Made by a program: the position numbers and the translations under genes. Of a stretch of 64,000 nucleotides of DNA, positions 9,146 through 18,859 are shown piece after piece (position 1 is the stretch's first letter; every line of letters starts with the position of its first letter). The DNA lies in contig CAWGVQ010000011.1 in assembly GCA_963826075.1 (NCBI GenBank), positions 54,390 to 118,389 on the forward strand, written 5' to 3'. A model generated the notes under the pieces. The model worked only from the letters and a program-made list of their open reading frames with translations. It was not told the DNA's origin and ran no database searches. The DNA comes from an uncultured Chloroflexia bacterium (GTDB taxonomy: Bacteria > Chloroflexota > Ktedonobacteria > Ktedonobacterales > JADMIN01).

Positions 9146-10213
9146 ATGGCGCCCGGCAGACAAGTTCGACTCACCTCTCTCGCCAGCTGTGCCGGTTGAG
9201 CCGCCAAGATGGGCGCAGACGCCCTGGCACACGTGTTGCGGCCGCTCGAAGGTATATTTGGCGACGGAATTCCTAACTTGCTGGTAGGGCTTGGCAGCGC
9301 CGATGACGCTGCAGTCTACCAGATAAATCAGGACCAGGCCATTGTCGCGACCACCGACTTCTTTCCGCCGGTGGTTGACGATCCCTACACCTTTGGAGCC
9401 ATTGCCGCCGCCAACGCTTTGAGCGACATTTATGCCATGGGTGGCACTCCGCTCTTCTGTTTGAACCTGGTTGGTTTTCCTGACAATTTGGATACTTCCA
9501 TTCTGAGCGATATACTGCGAGGTGGTGCCGACAAGGTGCGTGAATCTGGCGCAGCTATTGCTGGCGGCCATACCGTGACTGATGCCGAGCCCAAGTATGG
9601 TCTGGCGGCCATCGGGCTGGTTCATCCGCAGCGCATCTGGACTAAAGGAGGAGCGCAGCCTGCAGATGTGCTGCTGCTCACCAAGCCCCTGGGCACCGGC
9701 CTCATAACGACTGCCCTCAAGAATCAGGCGGCACTTGAGGAGCATGTGGCAGCGGCAGTGAGCAGTATGGCCACACTCAACGCGGCGGCCGCTCGCGCGC
9801 TGCGCTCGTCTGGCTCCGCTGTACATGCCTGCACTGACGTTACTGGATTTGGACTGCTTGGTCATGCGCTGGAGATGGCCCAGGCCAGCGGGGTACAGCT
9901 GATATTTCGGGCAGATGCGGTGCCGCATCTGCCTGGAGCGCTAGACTATGCGGCTGCTGGATACGTCCCCGGCGGCACCGGACGCAACCGCGACCATGTT
10001 GCTGCGCATGTGAGCTTCGCCGAGGATGTTAGCGAAGTTCTACAGCTGTTGTTTCTGGATCCGCAAACCTCCGGTGGACTGCTGGCAGCTATTTCCGCCG
10101 AGTCAGTGGATGACACTATGCATGCGCTTAGTGCCGAGGGAGTGCACGGGTATGTCATTGGTCGGGCAGCTGATCCGGGGACTGTCGCCGCTGATCTGGT
10201 TGTAGAGGCATAG
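9146..10213 (+). CDS. selD: Selenide, water dikinase (selenophosphate synthetase) with in-frame UGA (selenocysteine) at 9197-9199
   Basis: TTDFFPPVVDDPYTFGAIAAANALSDIYAMGG and full AIR-synthase-like fold. The frame upstream of the ORF-track start (9209) is open except for one TGA. ATG 9146 lies 9 nt after GGAGGT. N-terminus VRLTSLASCAG-U-AAK aligns with E. coli SelD [15 protein letters not shown]. Confidence 0.8.
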
Positions 10214-10241
10214 CTAGCGGGCGAGAGGACACAACCGTAGA

Positions 10242-10991
10242 GTGAAAAGGCCAACACCCACGGCTCCGGAAGGCGAAACCCCGAACGATCCGCTGCGTCC
10301 TCTCGAAGCTGCTATCGGCGTAGAGTTTGCCGATCGCTCGTTGCTGGTAGATGCGTTGACCCACCGCTCGTACGTTTATGAGCATGCCGCTCCTAACGTA
10401 GTCTCCAACGAGCGCCTCGAATTCTTGGGTGACGCCGTTCTCTCGATTATCGCTTCCGATTTGCTGTACCGAAGATTCCCCGGTTCCAGCGAAGGAGAAT
10501 TGACCAATCTGCGAGCATCTCTGGTGCGAGCATCGGCACTGGCTACCATTGCCCGAGATCTGCAGCTGGGTACATACCTGCGGCTGGGTCGGGGCGAAGA
10601 GGTGACCGGCGGGCGGAGGCGGGAGCTGTTGCTAGCTCGTGCCATGGAGGCGCTCATCGGCGCAATCTACCTGGATGCCGGAATGCAGGTCACCGGTAAC
10701 TTCCTGGAGCCTCATCTGACTGCCGAGTTAGCCAGAGTTACATTGAGGCGCCACCTCAAGGATGACAAATCGCTACTCCAGGAGGTAGCCCAAGCTCAGT
10801 TGGGCATAACTCCCATCTATAAGCTGGTTTCCCAGAGCGGACCGTCACATGAGCGCACCTTTATTGTAGACGTTTTGCTGGGTGATCTCGTTGCCGGGCA
10901 GGGCCAGGGTGCCACTAAACGTCAGGCGGAGCAGGCGGCCGCTCGGATGGCGTTACTGGACCATGGGTGGCAGACCGATACACTGAGCTGA
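10242..10991 (+). CDS. rnc: Ribonuclease III
   Basis: Signature ERLEFLGDAVL, catalytic MEALIGAIYLD, C-terminal dsRBD (GPSHERTFIV...GATKRQAEQAAA). Confidence 0.92.
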   Translation: MKRPTPTAPEGETPNDPLRPLEAAIGVEFADRSLLVDALTHRSYVYEHAAPNVVSNERLEFLGDAVLSIIASDLLYRRFPGSSEGELTNLRASLVRASALATIARDLQLGTYLRLGRGEEVTGGRRRELLLARAMEALIGAIYLDAGMQVTGNFLEPHLTAELARVTLRRHLKDDKSLLQEVAQAQLGITPIYKLVSQSGPSHERTFIVDVLLGDLVAGQGQGATKRQAEQAAARMALLDHGWQTDTLS

Positions 10992-11110
10992 CCTCGCCAA
11001 TGCTCGCGGTAGAAAGAAGCGATTGACTGGCTGCCCCAAATAGTGTATCCTTGACAATCAAGAAATGCGGTTTCACTGGTGAAATCGGCTGGGCAGCGAA
11101 GGAGCTAGTG

Positions 11111-11884
11111 GTGGACTACCACATTCCCTCGGTTTCATTAGCGGCGCAGGCGTTAAAGCTGCTGAGCCGCAATAAATACAAATGCTGCTCGCTGAAAGAC
11201 ATCGCAGAGAAGCTGAGCGCCAGCCCGACAACGTGTCTCAGGGTGCTCCGCACATTGGAAGCCGAGAATTTCGTTCACTTTGACAATGAGACCAAAAAGT
11301 ACAGCCTTGGCCCCTATCTTATCCCACTGGGCAATCGGGCTGCAGAGCTCAACGATTCTGTGGCCAATGCTATGGCGGCAATCAAAACCATTGCTGCTAC
11401 CACGGGGCTCACTACTGTACTTATCCAGCGTTGGGACGATCGACTCGTCTATACCGCTTTGGCCGAACCGCCGGCCGAGCGGGTTCGCCTCAGGATCTCT
11501 GTTGGCCAACAAATTCCTATGACCAGTGGTGCTCATGGCCGTTGTTTTCTGGCTTTTGACGATGAATCCGAGTGGCGGCGACTCATCGCAGTGGAGTTAC
11601 GTCCCCTCACTTCTGCTTCTATTACCGAGCCGCACCGGTTTCTCGACGCGGTACGAGAGGTACGCCGCACTGGTTATGCTGTTTCGCATGGGGAGATTAC
11701 TTCGGGATTCTCAGCCGTAGATGTACCGATTTTTTCCAAGACTGGCCGAGTCGAACTGGTGATTTCGTGCATATACGTTACGGGACAGATGGACGAAAGC
11801 CATCTCTCCGATCTCGCCAATTTGCTGGTGGCCACCTCACACCAGCTCTCCGAACTGAATGGCTACAGTACCTTGCGGAGCTAG
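11111..11884 (+). CDS. IclR-family transcriptional regulator
   Basis: wHTH CSLKDIAEKLSASPTTCLRVLRTLEAENFV plus a C-terminal IclR effector domain. The ORF-track TTG 11051 was replaced by in-frame GTG 11111 (or 11108), just after AAGGAG at 11099-11104. Confidence 0.82.
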   Translation: MDYHIPSVSLAAQALKLLSRNKYKCCSLKDIAEKLSASPTTCLRVLRTLEAENFVHFDNETKKYSLGPYLIPLGNRAAELNDSVANAMAAIKTIAATTGLTTVLIQRWDDRLVYTALAEPPAERVRLRISVGQQIPMTSGAHGRCFLAFDDESEWRRLIAVELRPLTSASITEPHRFLDAVREVRRTGYAVSHGEITSGFSAVDVPIFSKTGRVELVISCIYVTGQMDESHLSDLANLLVATSHQLSELNGYSTLRS

Positions 11885-11937
11885 ATGGCCAAAAAATTTA
11901 GCAGTGTCCTACTGGTTTTGAAAGGCGGGAAACATGT

Positions 11938-12729
11938 ATGCTGGCTATCGAAGATCTTGAAGTCAGCTATCAGGGAGTTATCACCGCGGTACATAGTATT
12001 ACTCTGCAGGTGCCTGACCAGGGCGTGGTCGCGCTGCTCGGCGCCAACGGCGCAGGGAAAACTACAGTCCTGCGGGCGATTTCAGGCTTGCTCGGCATCC
12101 ACGGTGGCCGCATCACCCATGGCTCGATACGCTTCGACGGTCGCCCAATCACATCGCTAGACGCCACGCGGATCGTCCAGCTTGGTATTGCCCAGGTGTT
12201 GGAGGGGCGACGGCTCTTTTCCGAGTTGACGGTGGACGAAAACCTGCGCTCGGGCGCCTTGGCGTCGCGCGATCGTGCCGCTGTCCACCGTGCCTACACC
12301 CGTGTAATGGATCTGTTTCCAGCGCTGCGCGACCGCCGGAGCAGTATCGCCGGATATCTCTCAGGCGGCGAGCAGCAGATGGTGGCAATCGGTCGCGGAT
12401 TGATGGCTGGGCCGCGGCTGCTCTTGCTCGACGAGCCTTCGCTTGGACTGGCACCGTTCATGGTCCAGCAAATCGGAGCTATAGTCTCCGAAATCAGTGA
12501 CGGCGGCACCGCGGTGTTGCTGGTTGAGCAGGACGCCCAGATGGCGCTTGCTCATGCCGCCCATGGGTATGTGCTGGAGACCGGAAGGATCGTGTTGGAT
12601 CAGCCGGCTAACGTCCTGTTACGCGATGAGACCGTGCGCAAGTTCTACCTTGGCCTCCATGAGGACAGTGGACACTCCAACTTTGCCACCTTGCGCCAGC
12701 AGCGCCCGGAGAGGAAGTGGACAGTATGA
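11938..12729 (+). CDS. ABC transporter ATP-binding protein, LivF-like (HAAT family)
   Basis: Walker A GANGAGKTT, signature LSGGEQQM, Walker B LLLLDEPS. Confidence 0.9.
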   Translation: MLAIEDLEVSYQGVITAVHSITLQVPDQGVVALLGANGAGKTTVLRAISGLLGIHGGRITHGSIRFDGRPITSLDATRIVQLGIAQVLEGRRLFSELTVDENLRSGALASRDRAAVHRAYTRVMDLFPALRDRRSSIAGYLSGGEQQMVAIGRGLMAGPRLLLLDEPSLGLAPFMVQQIGAIVSEISDGGTAVLLVEQDAQMALAHAAHGYVLETGRIVLDQPANVLLRDETVRKFYLGLHEDSGHSNFATLRQQRPERKWTV

Positions 12730-13502
12730 GTCAAGCGGAAACGTCACCCTTGCTCTCGGTTGAGGCCGTAACGGTACGTTTCGAGGGGGTAACCGCGCTG
12801 GCCGATGTCTCCTTCACCGTGAAATCCGGCGAGCTCTTCTCCATCATCGGTCCCAATGGCGCTGGAAAAACGTCGCTCTTCAACGTGCTTTCCCGCATCT
12901 ACCAGCCGGTGTCCGGCCGTGTGACCTTCGCGGGACGCGATTTGTTACGAGTCCGAACGCATCAGGTTGCCCGAACCGGTATCGCCCGCACGTTTCAGAA
13001 CCTGGGACAGTTCCCGCACACCACTGTGCTTGACTATCTGCTACTGGGCCGGCATATACGCATGCGCAGCGGCGTCCTGCTGGGGGGAATATATGCCGGA
13101 CCCACCCGGACCGAAGAGCGAAAGAACCGGGACTATTGTTGGCATCTCCTCGAACTATTCGGATTACAGCAGTTTGGCGCTTATCCGCTTGGTAGTCTGC
13201 CGTTCGGACTGCAAAAGCGAGCGGACCTTGCTCGGGCGTTGGCGGCCCAGCCGCGCCTGTTACTGCTGGACGAGCCGGTGGCCGGCATGAGTCTCGAAGA
13301 ATCGCGCGACATGGCCGCCATCATGTTGGACATCAAAGAGCAGTTAGGAATTACCCAAATTCTCGTTGAGCATGATATGGCCATGGTTATGGGCATTGCC
13401 GACCGTGTGCTGGTGCTGGATTTCGGGCGGGTCATCGCCGAGGGTCTGCCGGCTGAAATCCAGGCTAATCCAGAGGTCATCAAGGCCTACCTTGGCGAGT
13501 AA
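12726..13502 (+). CDS. ABC transporter ATP-binding protein, LivG-like (HAAT family)
   Basis: Walker A GPNGAGKTS, LPFGLQKRADLARAL, Walker B LLLLDEPVAGM. ATG 12726 overlaps the upstream stop (ATGA) and follows GAGGAAG. Confidence 0.9.
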   Translation: MSQAETSPLLSVEAVTVRFEGVTALADVSFTVKSGELFSIIGPNGAGKTSLFNVLSRIYQPVSGRVTFAGRDLLRVRTHQVARTGIARTFQNLGQFPHTTVLDYLLLGRHIRMRSGVLLGGIYAGPTRTEERKNRDYCWHLLELFGLQQFGAYPLGSLPFGLQKRADLARALAAQPRLLLLDEPVAGMSLEESRDMAAIMLDIKEQLGITQILVEHDMAMVMGIADRVLVLDFGRVIAEGLPAEIQANPEVIKAYLGE

Positions 13503-13528
13503 AAGTAGCCGTCGGGAGGAGGAGCAGT

Positions 13529-14425
13529 GTGGCGTACTTCATCCAGCTAGCCTTTTTTGGTCTTGCCCTGGGCTGTATCTATGCGCTGATCGCCCTTGGA
13601 TTCACCATTATCTTCAAGGCCAGTGGAGTCATCAACTTCGCCCAGGGTGAATTCCTGCTGGTCGGCGCCTATGTCACCTACGTCGGTGTCTTTGTGTGGC
13701 ATCTCAACTTCTTACTCGCTCTCCTTATCGCCATACTCGTCACCGTGGTCATCGCGGTGGCATTTGAGCGCTTGGCGCTGCAGCGCATGATCGGCAAGCC
13801 CATATTTTCCATCATCATGATCACCATCGGACTCAATGTTCTCTTGCAGACCGGCGTCATCGTAGCAGGGGGGTCGAGCAGCCTGCCGCCGGCCACACCG
13901 TTCAAGATTAACAGCGGCCGCACCATCGACGGCGTCTTCTTCGGTGCCAGCGCCCTGTGGACTATCGCTGTTACCATACTGTGCTGCGCACTCCTCTTTG
14001 TCTTCTTTCGCTATACTCGCTACGGGTTGGCGATGCGGGCGACGGCGCTTGACCAGGAGGCGGCACTGGCGATAGGCATCAACATCCGCACGGTGTATGC
14101 GCTGGCCTGGGGCATCGCTGCGGCGATCGCCGTCATTGGCGGCGTTTTCCTGGCCATCAGTCTAACCACTTTTGATGCAACCCTGGGAGACGTTGCGCTA
14201 CTGGCCTTTCCGGCAATCATTCTCGGTGGCCTGGATTCGATTCCCGGCGCCGTCGTCGGCGGAATCATCATTGGCGTGGTCGAAGACCTCACCGCCGGTT
14301 ACGAGGGTCATTTCGGAGTGTGGGGCAACGGCTTCCATGCGATTGCCCCCTACGTCCTCATGATCGTCATTTTGCTGATCCGACCCTATGGGCTGTTCGG
14401 CACGCGAAAGGTGGAGCGAGTATGA
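13529..14425 (+). CDS. ABC transporter permease, LivH-like
   Basis: IYALIALGFTIIFKASGVINFAQGEF N-terminus and about 8 TM segments. GGGAGGAGGAG Shine-Dalgarno upstream. Confidence 0.9.
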   Translation: MAYFIQLAFFGLALGCIYALIALGFTIIFKASGVINFAQGEFLLVGAYVTYVGVFVWHLNFLLALLIAILVTVVIAVAFERLALQRMIGKPIFSIIMITIGLNVLLQTGVIVAGGSSSLPPATPFKINSGRTIDGVFFGASALWTIAVTILCCALLFVFFRYTRYGLAMRATALDQEAALAIGINIRTVYALAWGIAAAIAVIGGVFLAISLTTFDATLGDVALLAFPAIILGGLDSIPGAVVGGIIIGVVEDLTAGYEGHFGVWGNGFHAIAPYVLMIVILLIRPYGLFGTRKVERV

Positions 14426-15645
14426 GTACTGAGGCACCCGCCACCACTGTGACTTCCGGCCAAACTCATACCCGCTCGAGCCGCGGACTGCTCGGCTCGT
14501 CCCGCAGCCGGGCTTTGCTGATCGCGGGTCTGATCATTCTGGGTATCGTCTTCCTGTTTGGAGGCGACGAGTGGCTGACGGTTCTTGACGTCACTCTGAT
14601 TGCCGCCATTGGTACACTGGGCCTGAACGTGCTCTCCGGCTACGCCGGGCAGGTCTCCCTGGGCATTGCCTTTTTTATGGCAATTGGGGCCTACACCGCC
14701 GCCGTACTGGGCAACCCACCGCCGTCGGGCCCCTTCGAGACCGCGGCGGGATTTGGACTCTCGTTTCTCATCTGGCTGCCGGCGGCCGGTATTGCTGCGG
14801 CCCTGGTCGGGGCGCTCATCGGTCCAACCGCTCTACGCCTCAAGGGCTTCTACCTGGGCATCGTGACCCTGGCCTTAATTTTCATCGGACAATATCTGTT
14901 TACCAACGCCACTAAGATAACCGGTGGCCCTCAGGGAAGCTCGTTTCCCGCGCCGACTCTGGGCGATTTCTCGTTTACCAGCCCGTCTACCATTCTCGGC
15001 TTCCAGCTGACGTCTAACCAGTGCTACTTTCTATTGACGCTGCTGATCCTCGCCGTAGCAGCGATATTTGTAGCCAACCTGGCGCGCTCGCGTGCGGGTC
15101 GCGCCTTTCAGGCGGTACGAGACAATGAGACCGGCGCCGCCATCATAGGCGTCAACCTCTTCACCGCCAAGATGGGCGCTTTTATACTGTCGTCCTTCCT
15201 TGCCGGAATCTCAGGCGCACTCCTAGCTTCCTACATCGGCTTCTCCCAGCCCAGCTACTGGGGTCTCACGCTCTCCATTCAGTTTGTGGCCGCCACGCTC
15301 ATCGGTGGGGTCGCCAGCGTCTGGGGCTCGATTCTGGGCGCGGTCTTTGTCTTTGCCTTACCCCAGGCGCTCGAAACGTTCTCGATTCTACCCCAGAGCG
15401 CGACCTCTACGGGTATTTCCAGCGGCAATTTGAGCGCCATCATCTACGGTGTACTTATTATCGTCTTCCTGCTCTTCGAACCAGCAGGCATTATTGGTCT
15501 CATTCGCCGGCTACAGATAGTGATTCGGCGCTTCGATGACCGGAATAAGGGAGGTGCAGCGGTACAGTCCACGGAGCCAGTGGAACACGAGTCCTCGTTC
15601 GTTGTGGACCGAACGACGCTTCCACGGCATTCGGATGCCCAGTAG
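14422..15645 (+). CDS. ABC transporter permease, LivM-like
   Basis: GQVSLGIAFFMAIGAYTAA and a polytopic topology. Start trimmed from 14320 to ATG 14422, which overlaps the LivH-like stop (ATGA). Confidence 0.88.
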   Translation: MSTEAPATTVTSGQTHTRSSRGLLGSSRSRALLIAGLIILGIVFLFGGDEWLTVLDVTLIAAIGTLGLNVLSGYAGQVSLGIAFFMAIGAYTAAVLGNPPPSGPFETAAGFGLSFLIWLPAAGIAAALVGALIGPTALRLKGFYLGIVTLALIFIGQYLFTNATKITGGPQGSSFPAPTLGDFSFTSPSTILGFQLTSNQCYFLLTLLILAVAAIFVANLARSRAGRAFQAVRDNETGAAIIGVNLFTAKMGAFILSSFLAGISGALLASYIGFSQPSYWGLTLSIQFVAATLIGGVASVWGSILGAVFVFALPQALETFSILPQSATSTGISSGNLSAIIYGVLIIVFLLFEPAGIIGLIRRLQIVIRRFDDRNKGGAAVQSTEPVEHESSFVVDRTTLPRHSDAQ

Positions 15646-15751
15646 ACAACGAGGTCGACTATGCCAGCAAGTGGGTATGCCAGCTAGTGGCACCGACAAT
15701 GCCACCGATCAGCTTTGCTCACTGATGAGCTATTTTAATACGGAGGAATTC

Positions 15752-17020
15752 ATGGCGACACATACGACGCATCGCGTCCGCGCAATGAGCGCGATCGGTA
15801 TAGTAGCAATGCTTTGCCTGTTCGTCGCGGGCTGCGGCACCGGAGGTTCTTCAAGCGGGATCGTCGGCGGTCCCGGCGTGAATCTGGCCACGAAGACCAT
15901 TACTCTCGGTATTCTCACACCGCTTTCGGGGCCAGTGGCGGCGCCGATCGGTATACCTCTGACCGCTGGCATACAGACCTACTTCGACGCGGTCAATGCC
16001 AATGGTGGTATTGATGGCTACAAAATAGTGCTGACTGAGAAAGACACACAGTACGATCCGACACTCGAGGTCGAGGGCTACAACGAGATCAAAAACAATG
16101 TGGCCATGTTTGCTGAGAGCCTGGGCACGCCGACCACTGCGGCAATTGTAAATCAGACCAATACTGATAAGGTACTGGTCTCGGCAGCCACACTGGATTC
16201 GTACCTGGCCCGCGAGCAATACATGGTGCTGGTTGGCACGCCCTACCGGCTGCAGGTCGAAAATGCCTTTGACTACGTCGTCAATACACTACATGTCTCG
16301 AACCCGAAGACCGCCATCATCTATCAGAACGACAGCTATGGCCAGGACGGCTTGACCGGATACAACGAAGCCGTCTCCTATTACCACATGGACAATGTAG
16401 GCGAGGCGACTTACAACGCAACCGACACCACGTTCACCGCGCCGGCGGCCAAGATTGCTGCCACTGGTGCCAAGTATGTCTTCCTTACTGCGGTGCCGGC
16501 GGCGGCGGCGGGCATTATTGCCACAGCGGCGGCACTGGGTTACACTCCGCAGTGGATTCTGCAGAGCCCGGCATTTGCCACCCAGCTGATGGCGGTACCA
16601 GGTCTTTCTGAGCTACTCGCCGCACATGCCTGGGTAGTCGGCCAGGGAGCGCTCTGGGGTGATACCACCCAGCCGGGTATGGTCGAGATGCTGAAAGATA
16701 TCCAGCAGTATGACCCAAGCCAAGGGCCAAACGCCTTCTTCGAGTTCGGGTTTGCCGAATCCATTGTCACCGATGCCATCTTGACTAAAGCCATCCAGGA
16801 TGGAGACCTTTCGCGCGCTGGGCTGCTGAAGGCCTTCAACTCCCTCGGATCGGTGGATGTCGGTGGACTGCTTCCGACGTTACACTATGGCTCAGCGGCT
16901 AACCAGCGCGTCCCTTCACGGGATAACCGCATCTTCGCTATCAGTCCTACGAATGTGGGCAATGTCATGCCCCTCACCCCTGATTTCACCGGCGCTGCCG
17001 CGCAGGCATCGAATTTTTAA
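15752..17020 (+). CDS. Lipoprotein solute-binding protein of the Liv/HAAT (type I periplasmic-binding) family
   Basis: Start trimmed to ATG 15752, 5 nt after GGAGG at 15742-15746. Signal peptide with lipobox LFVAGC. Type I PBP-like body (GILTPLSGP...YDP...). Confidence 0.88.
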   Translation: MATHTTHRVRAMSAIGIVAMLCLFVAGCGTGGSSSGIVGGPGVNLATKTITLGILTPLSGPVAAPIGIPLTAGIQTYFDAVNANGGIDGYKIVLTEKDTQYDPTLEVEGYNEIKNNVAMFAESLGTPTTAAIVNQTNTDKVLVSAATLDSYLAREQYMVLVGTPYRLQVENAFDYVVNTLHVSNPKTAIIYQNDSYGQDGLTGYNEAVSYYHMDNVGEATYNATDTTFTAPAAKIAATGAKYVFLTAVPAAAAGIIATAAALGYTPQWILQSPAFATQLMAVPGLSELLAAHAWVVGQGALWGDTTQPGMVEMLKDIQQYDPSQGPNAFFEFGFAESIVTDAILTKAIQDGDLSRAGLLKAFNSLGSVDVGGLLPTLHYGSAANQRVPSRDNRIFAISPTNVGNVMPLTPDFTGAAAQASNF

Positions 17021-17072
17021 ATAGGGAGAATACCTCCCAGTTGACGCGATCTGGCCGTCAAAGTAGTTACCG

Positions 17073-17106
17073 CGTGCCTACCTAGCAGTATGCCTAGGTA
17101 GGCACG
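17073..17106 (+). other. Perfect 13-bp stem-loop between the binding-protein gene and the acyl-CoA ligase gene (attenuator, processing site or operator)
   Basis: CGTGCCTACCTAG (17073-17085) / CTAGGTAGGCACG (17094-17106), 8-nt loop, no T-tract after it. A smaller TTGACG/CGTCAA inverted repeat lies at 17041-17061. Confidence 0.6.
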
Positions 17107-17155
17107 TAGTCACTTTGAGCGACTCCTCTTCTACGTGAAAGCAGGTGGAATCCTC

Positions 17156-18859
17156 ATGTCGGATGCGCATTTTGCTTTCTGGCCCCAGCGAGTTCCCCGC
17201 TCGCTGACTCTGCCTGAAACCACCCTCTACTACAACTTGGCGGTGACTGCAACCCGTTACCCGAGTAAGACGGCGATTGCCTTCTATGGCCAGGAACTCA
17301 CCTATCGAGAGCTGCTTGACCAGGTGGATCAGATGGCTGGCTACCTGATACAACTTGGTGTACAGCCGGGTGATCGTGTGCTGCTCTCTATGCACAATTG
17401 CCCGCAGTTCGTCATCGCATACTACGCCATTTTGCGTGCCAATGCCGTTGTCGTGCCGCTTAATGCGCTCATGGTCACCGGTGAGATCCGCTACTATGCC
17501 CAAGACAGCGCCGCCAGAGTTGCCTTGGCTTCACAGGACCTCTATCCCCAGCTGGCTCCGCTCATGGCCGAGGGGGTGCTCAATCGGATCATCGTGGCCG
17601 CGTATTCGGATTATGCCGGCAACCCAGTAGAGATGGCCGTCCCCGAGGTAGTCGGCGAGCGGCGTCGCCAGCTCCAAGATGATGGGGTCACGCTCTGGTC
17701 GGATGCGCTCTCGCTTCACCTGGCTCCAGGAGGTTTGGCGGCAACCGCCGATGATCCCGCGCTCCTGGTCTATACGTCAGGTACTACCGGGGAACCCAAG
17801 GGCTGTATGCACACGCACCGGACCGCCATGGCCAATGTGGTTGGAGGCGCTGTCTGGAATCACGGGACATCAGAAGGCGTCATTTTAGCCACTTTACCGC
17901 TCTTTCATGTGACCGGTATGCAGGGCAGCATGAATGCCCCTATTTACCTTGGTGCTACTACCGTACTCATGACTCGCTGGAACCGTGACACAGCGGCACA
18001 GCTAATCCAGCGCTACGGCTGCACCGGCTGGACCAATATCAGTACCATGATGGTCGACTTTCTGGCTAACCCCAGAATTGGAGACTATGATCTGCACACT
18101 CTGGAAGGTATCGGCGGTGGTGGAGCACCGCTGCCGGCCGCCGTAGGCAGCCGACTATTGGAGATGACCGGCCTTCAGTACGTCGAGGGTTACGGACTCT
18201 CCGAGACCATCGCCCAGACTCATATCAATCCGTTCGACCGTCCCAAACTGCAATGCCTGGGCATACCGGTTTTCGACGTTGACGCGCGGGTGATCGATCC
18301 CACCACGCTGGAGGAGCTGGGACCGGGTCAGGATGGCGAGATCATTCTGTGTGGGCCGCAGGTCTTCAAAGGATATTGGAATAGACCCGAGGATACCAGG
18401 CAGGCATTTCTCCGTATCGATGGCAAGCAGTTCTTTCGCACTGGCGACCTTGGTCACTACGACGAAGAAGGTTACTTCTTCCATGTCGACCGGCTCAAGC
18501 GTATGATCAATGCCTCCGGGTTCAAAGTCTGGCCAGCCGAAGTCGAGTCGCTCTTGTACAGGCACCCCGCCGTACAGGAGGCCTGCGTCATCGGCATTCC
18601 CGACGCTCGTCGCGGCGAAACCGTCAAGGCGCTGATCACCTTGCGGGAAGCCTATCGAGGCCGGACGACCGCCGAGGAGATCATAGACTGGGCCAAGGGA
18701 GAGATGGCAGCGTACAAGTATCCAAGAATTGTTGAGTTTGTTGATACTCTGCCACACTCAGGCAGCGGGAAAATCCTCTGGCGAGCACTTCAGGAGCAGG
18801 AGAGACGGCAAGCTTCTGCTGTTGCGGGCCTCGACAGTAGAGGGACGGAAAATCCATGA
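17156..18859 (+). CDS. Acyl-CoA synthetase (AMP-forming, FadD-like)
   Basis: LVYTSGTTGEPKGCMHTH, GYGLSET, TGDLG, C-terminal SGKILWRAL. ATG 17156 lies 6 nt after AGGTGGA. Confidence 0.9.
   Translation: MSDAHFAFWPQRVPRSLTLPETTLYYNLAVTATRYPSKTAIAFYGQELTYRELLDQVDQMAGYLIQLGVQPGDRVLLSMHNCPQFVIAYYAILRANAVVVPLNALMVTGEIRYYAQDSAARVALASQDLYPQLAPLMAEGVLNRIIVAAYSDYAGNPVEMAVPEVVGERRRQLQDDGVTLWSDALSLHLAPGGLAATADDPALLVYTSGTTGEPKGCMHTHRTAMANVVGGAVWNHGTSEGVILATLPLFHVTGMQGSMNAPIYLGATTVLMTRWNRDTAAQLIQRYGCTGWTNISTMMVDFLANPRIGDYDLHTLEGIGGGGAPLPAAVGSRLLEMTGLQYVEGYGLSETIAQTHINPFDRPKLQCLGIPVFDVDARVIDPTTLEELGPGQDGEIILCGPQVFKGYWNRPEDTRQAFLRIDGKQFFRTGDLGHYDEEGYFFHVDRLKRMINASGFKVWPAEVESLLYRHPAVQEACVIGIPDARRGETVKALITLREAYRGRTTAEEIIDWAKGEMAAYKYPRIVEFVDTLPHSGSGKILWRALQEQERRQASAVAGLDSRGTENP

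Noticed and set aside
9140-9928. Long antisense ORFs inside well-supported genes: 262 aa opposite selD. Similar cases at 18155-18757, 20286-20864, 21682-22479, 53716-54393 and 62648-63328.
   Set aside because: Each lies entirely within a gene with strong family signatures on the other strand. The translations are Arg/Gly/Ser/Ala-rich with no motifs. Long stop-free antisense frames are expected in GC-rich DNA.
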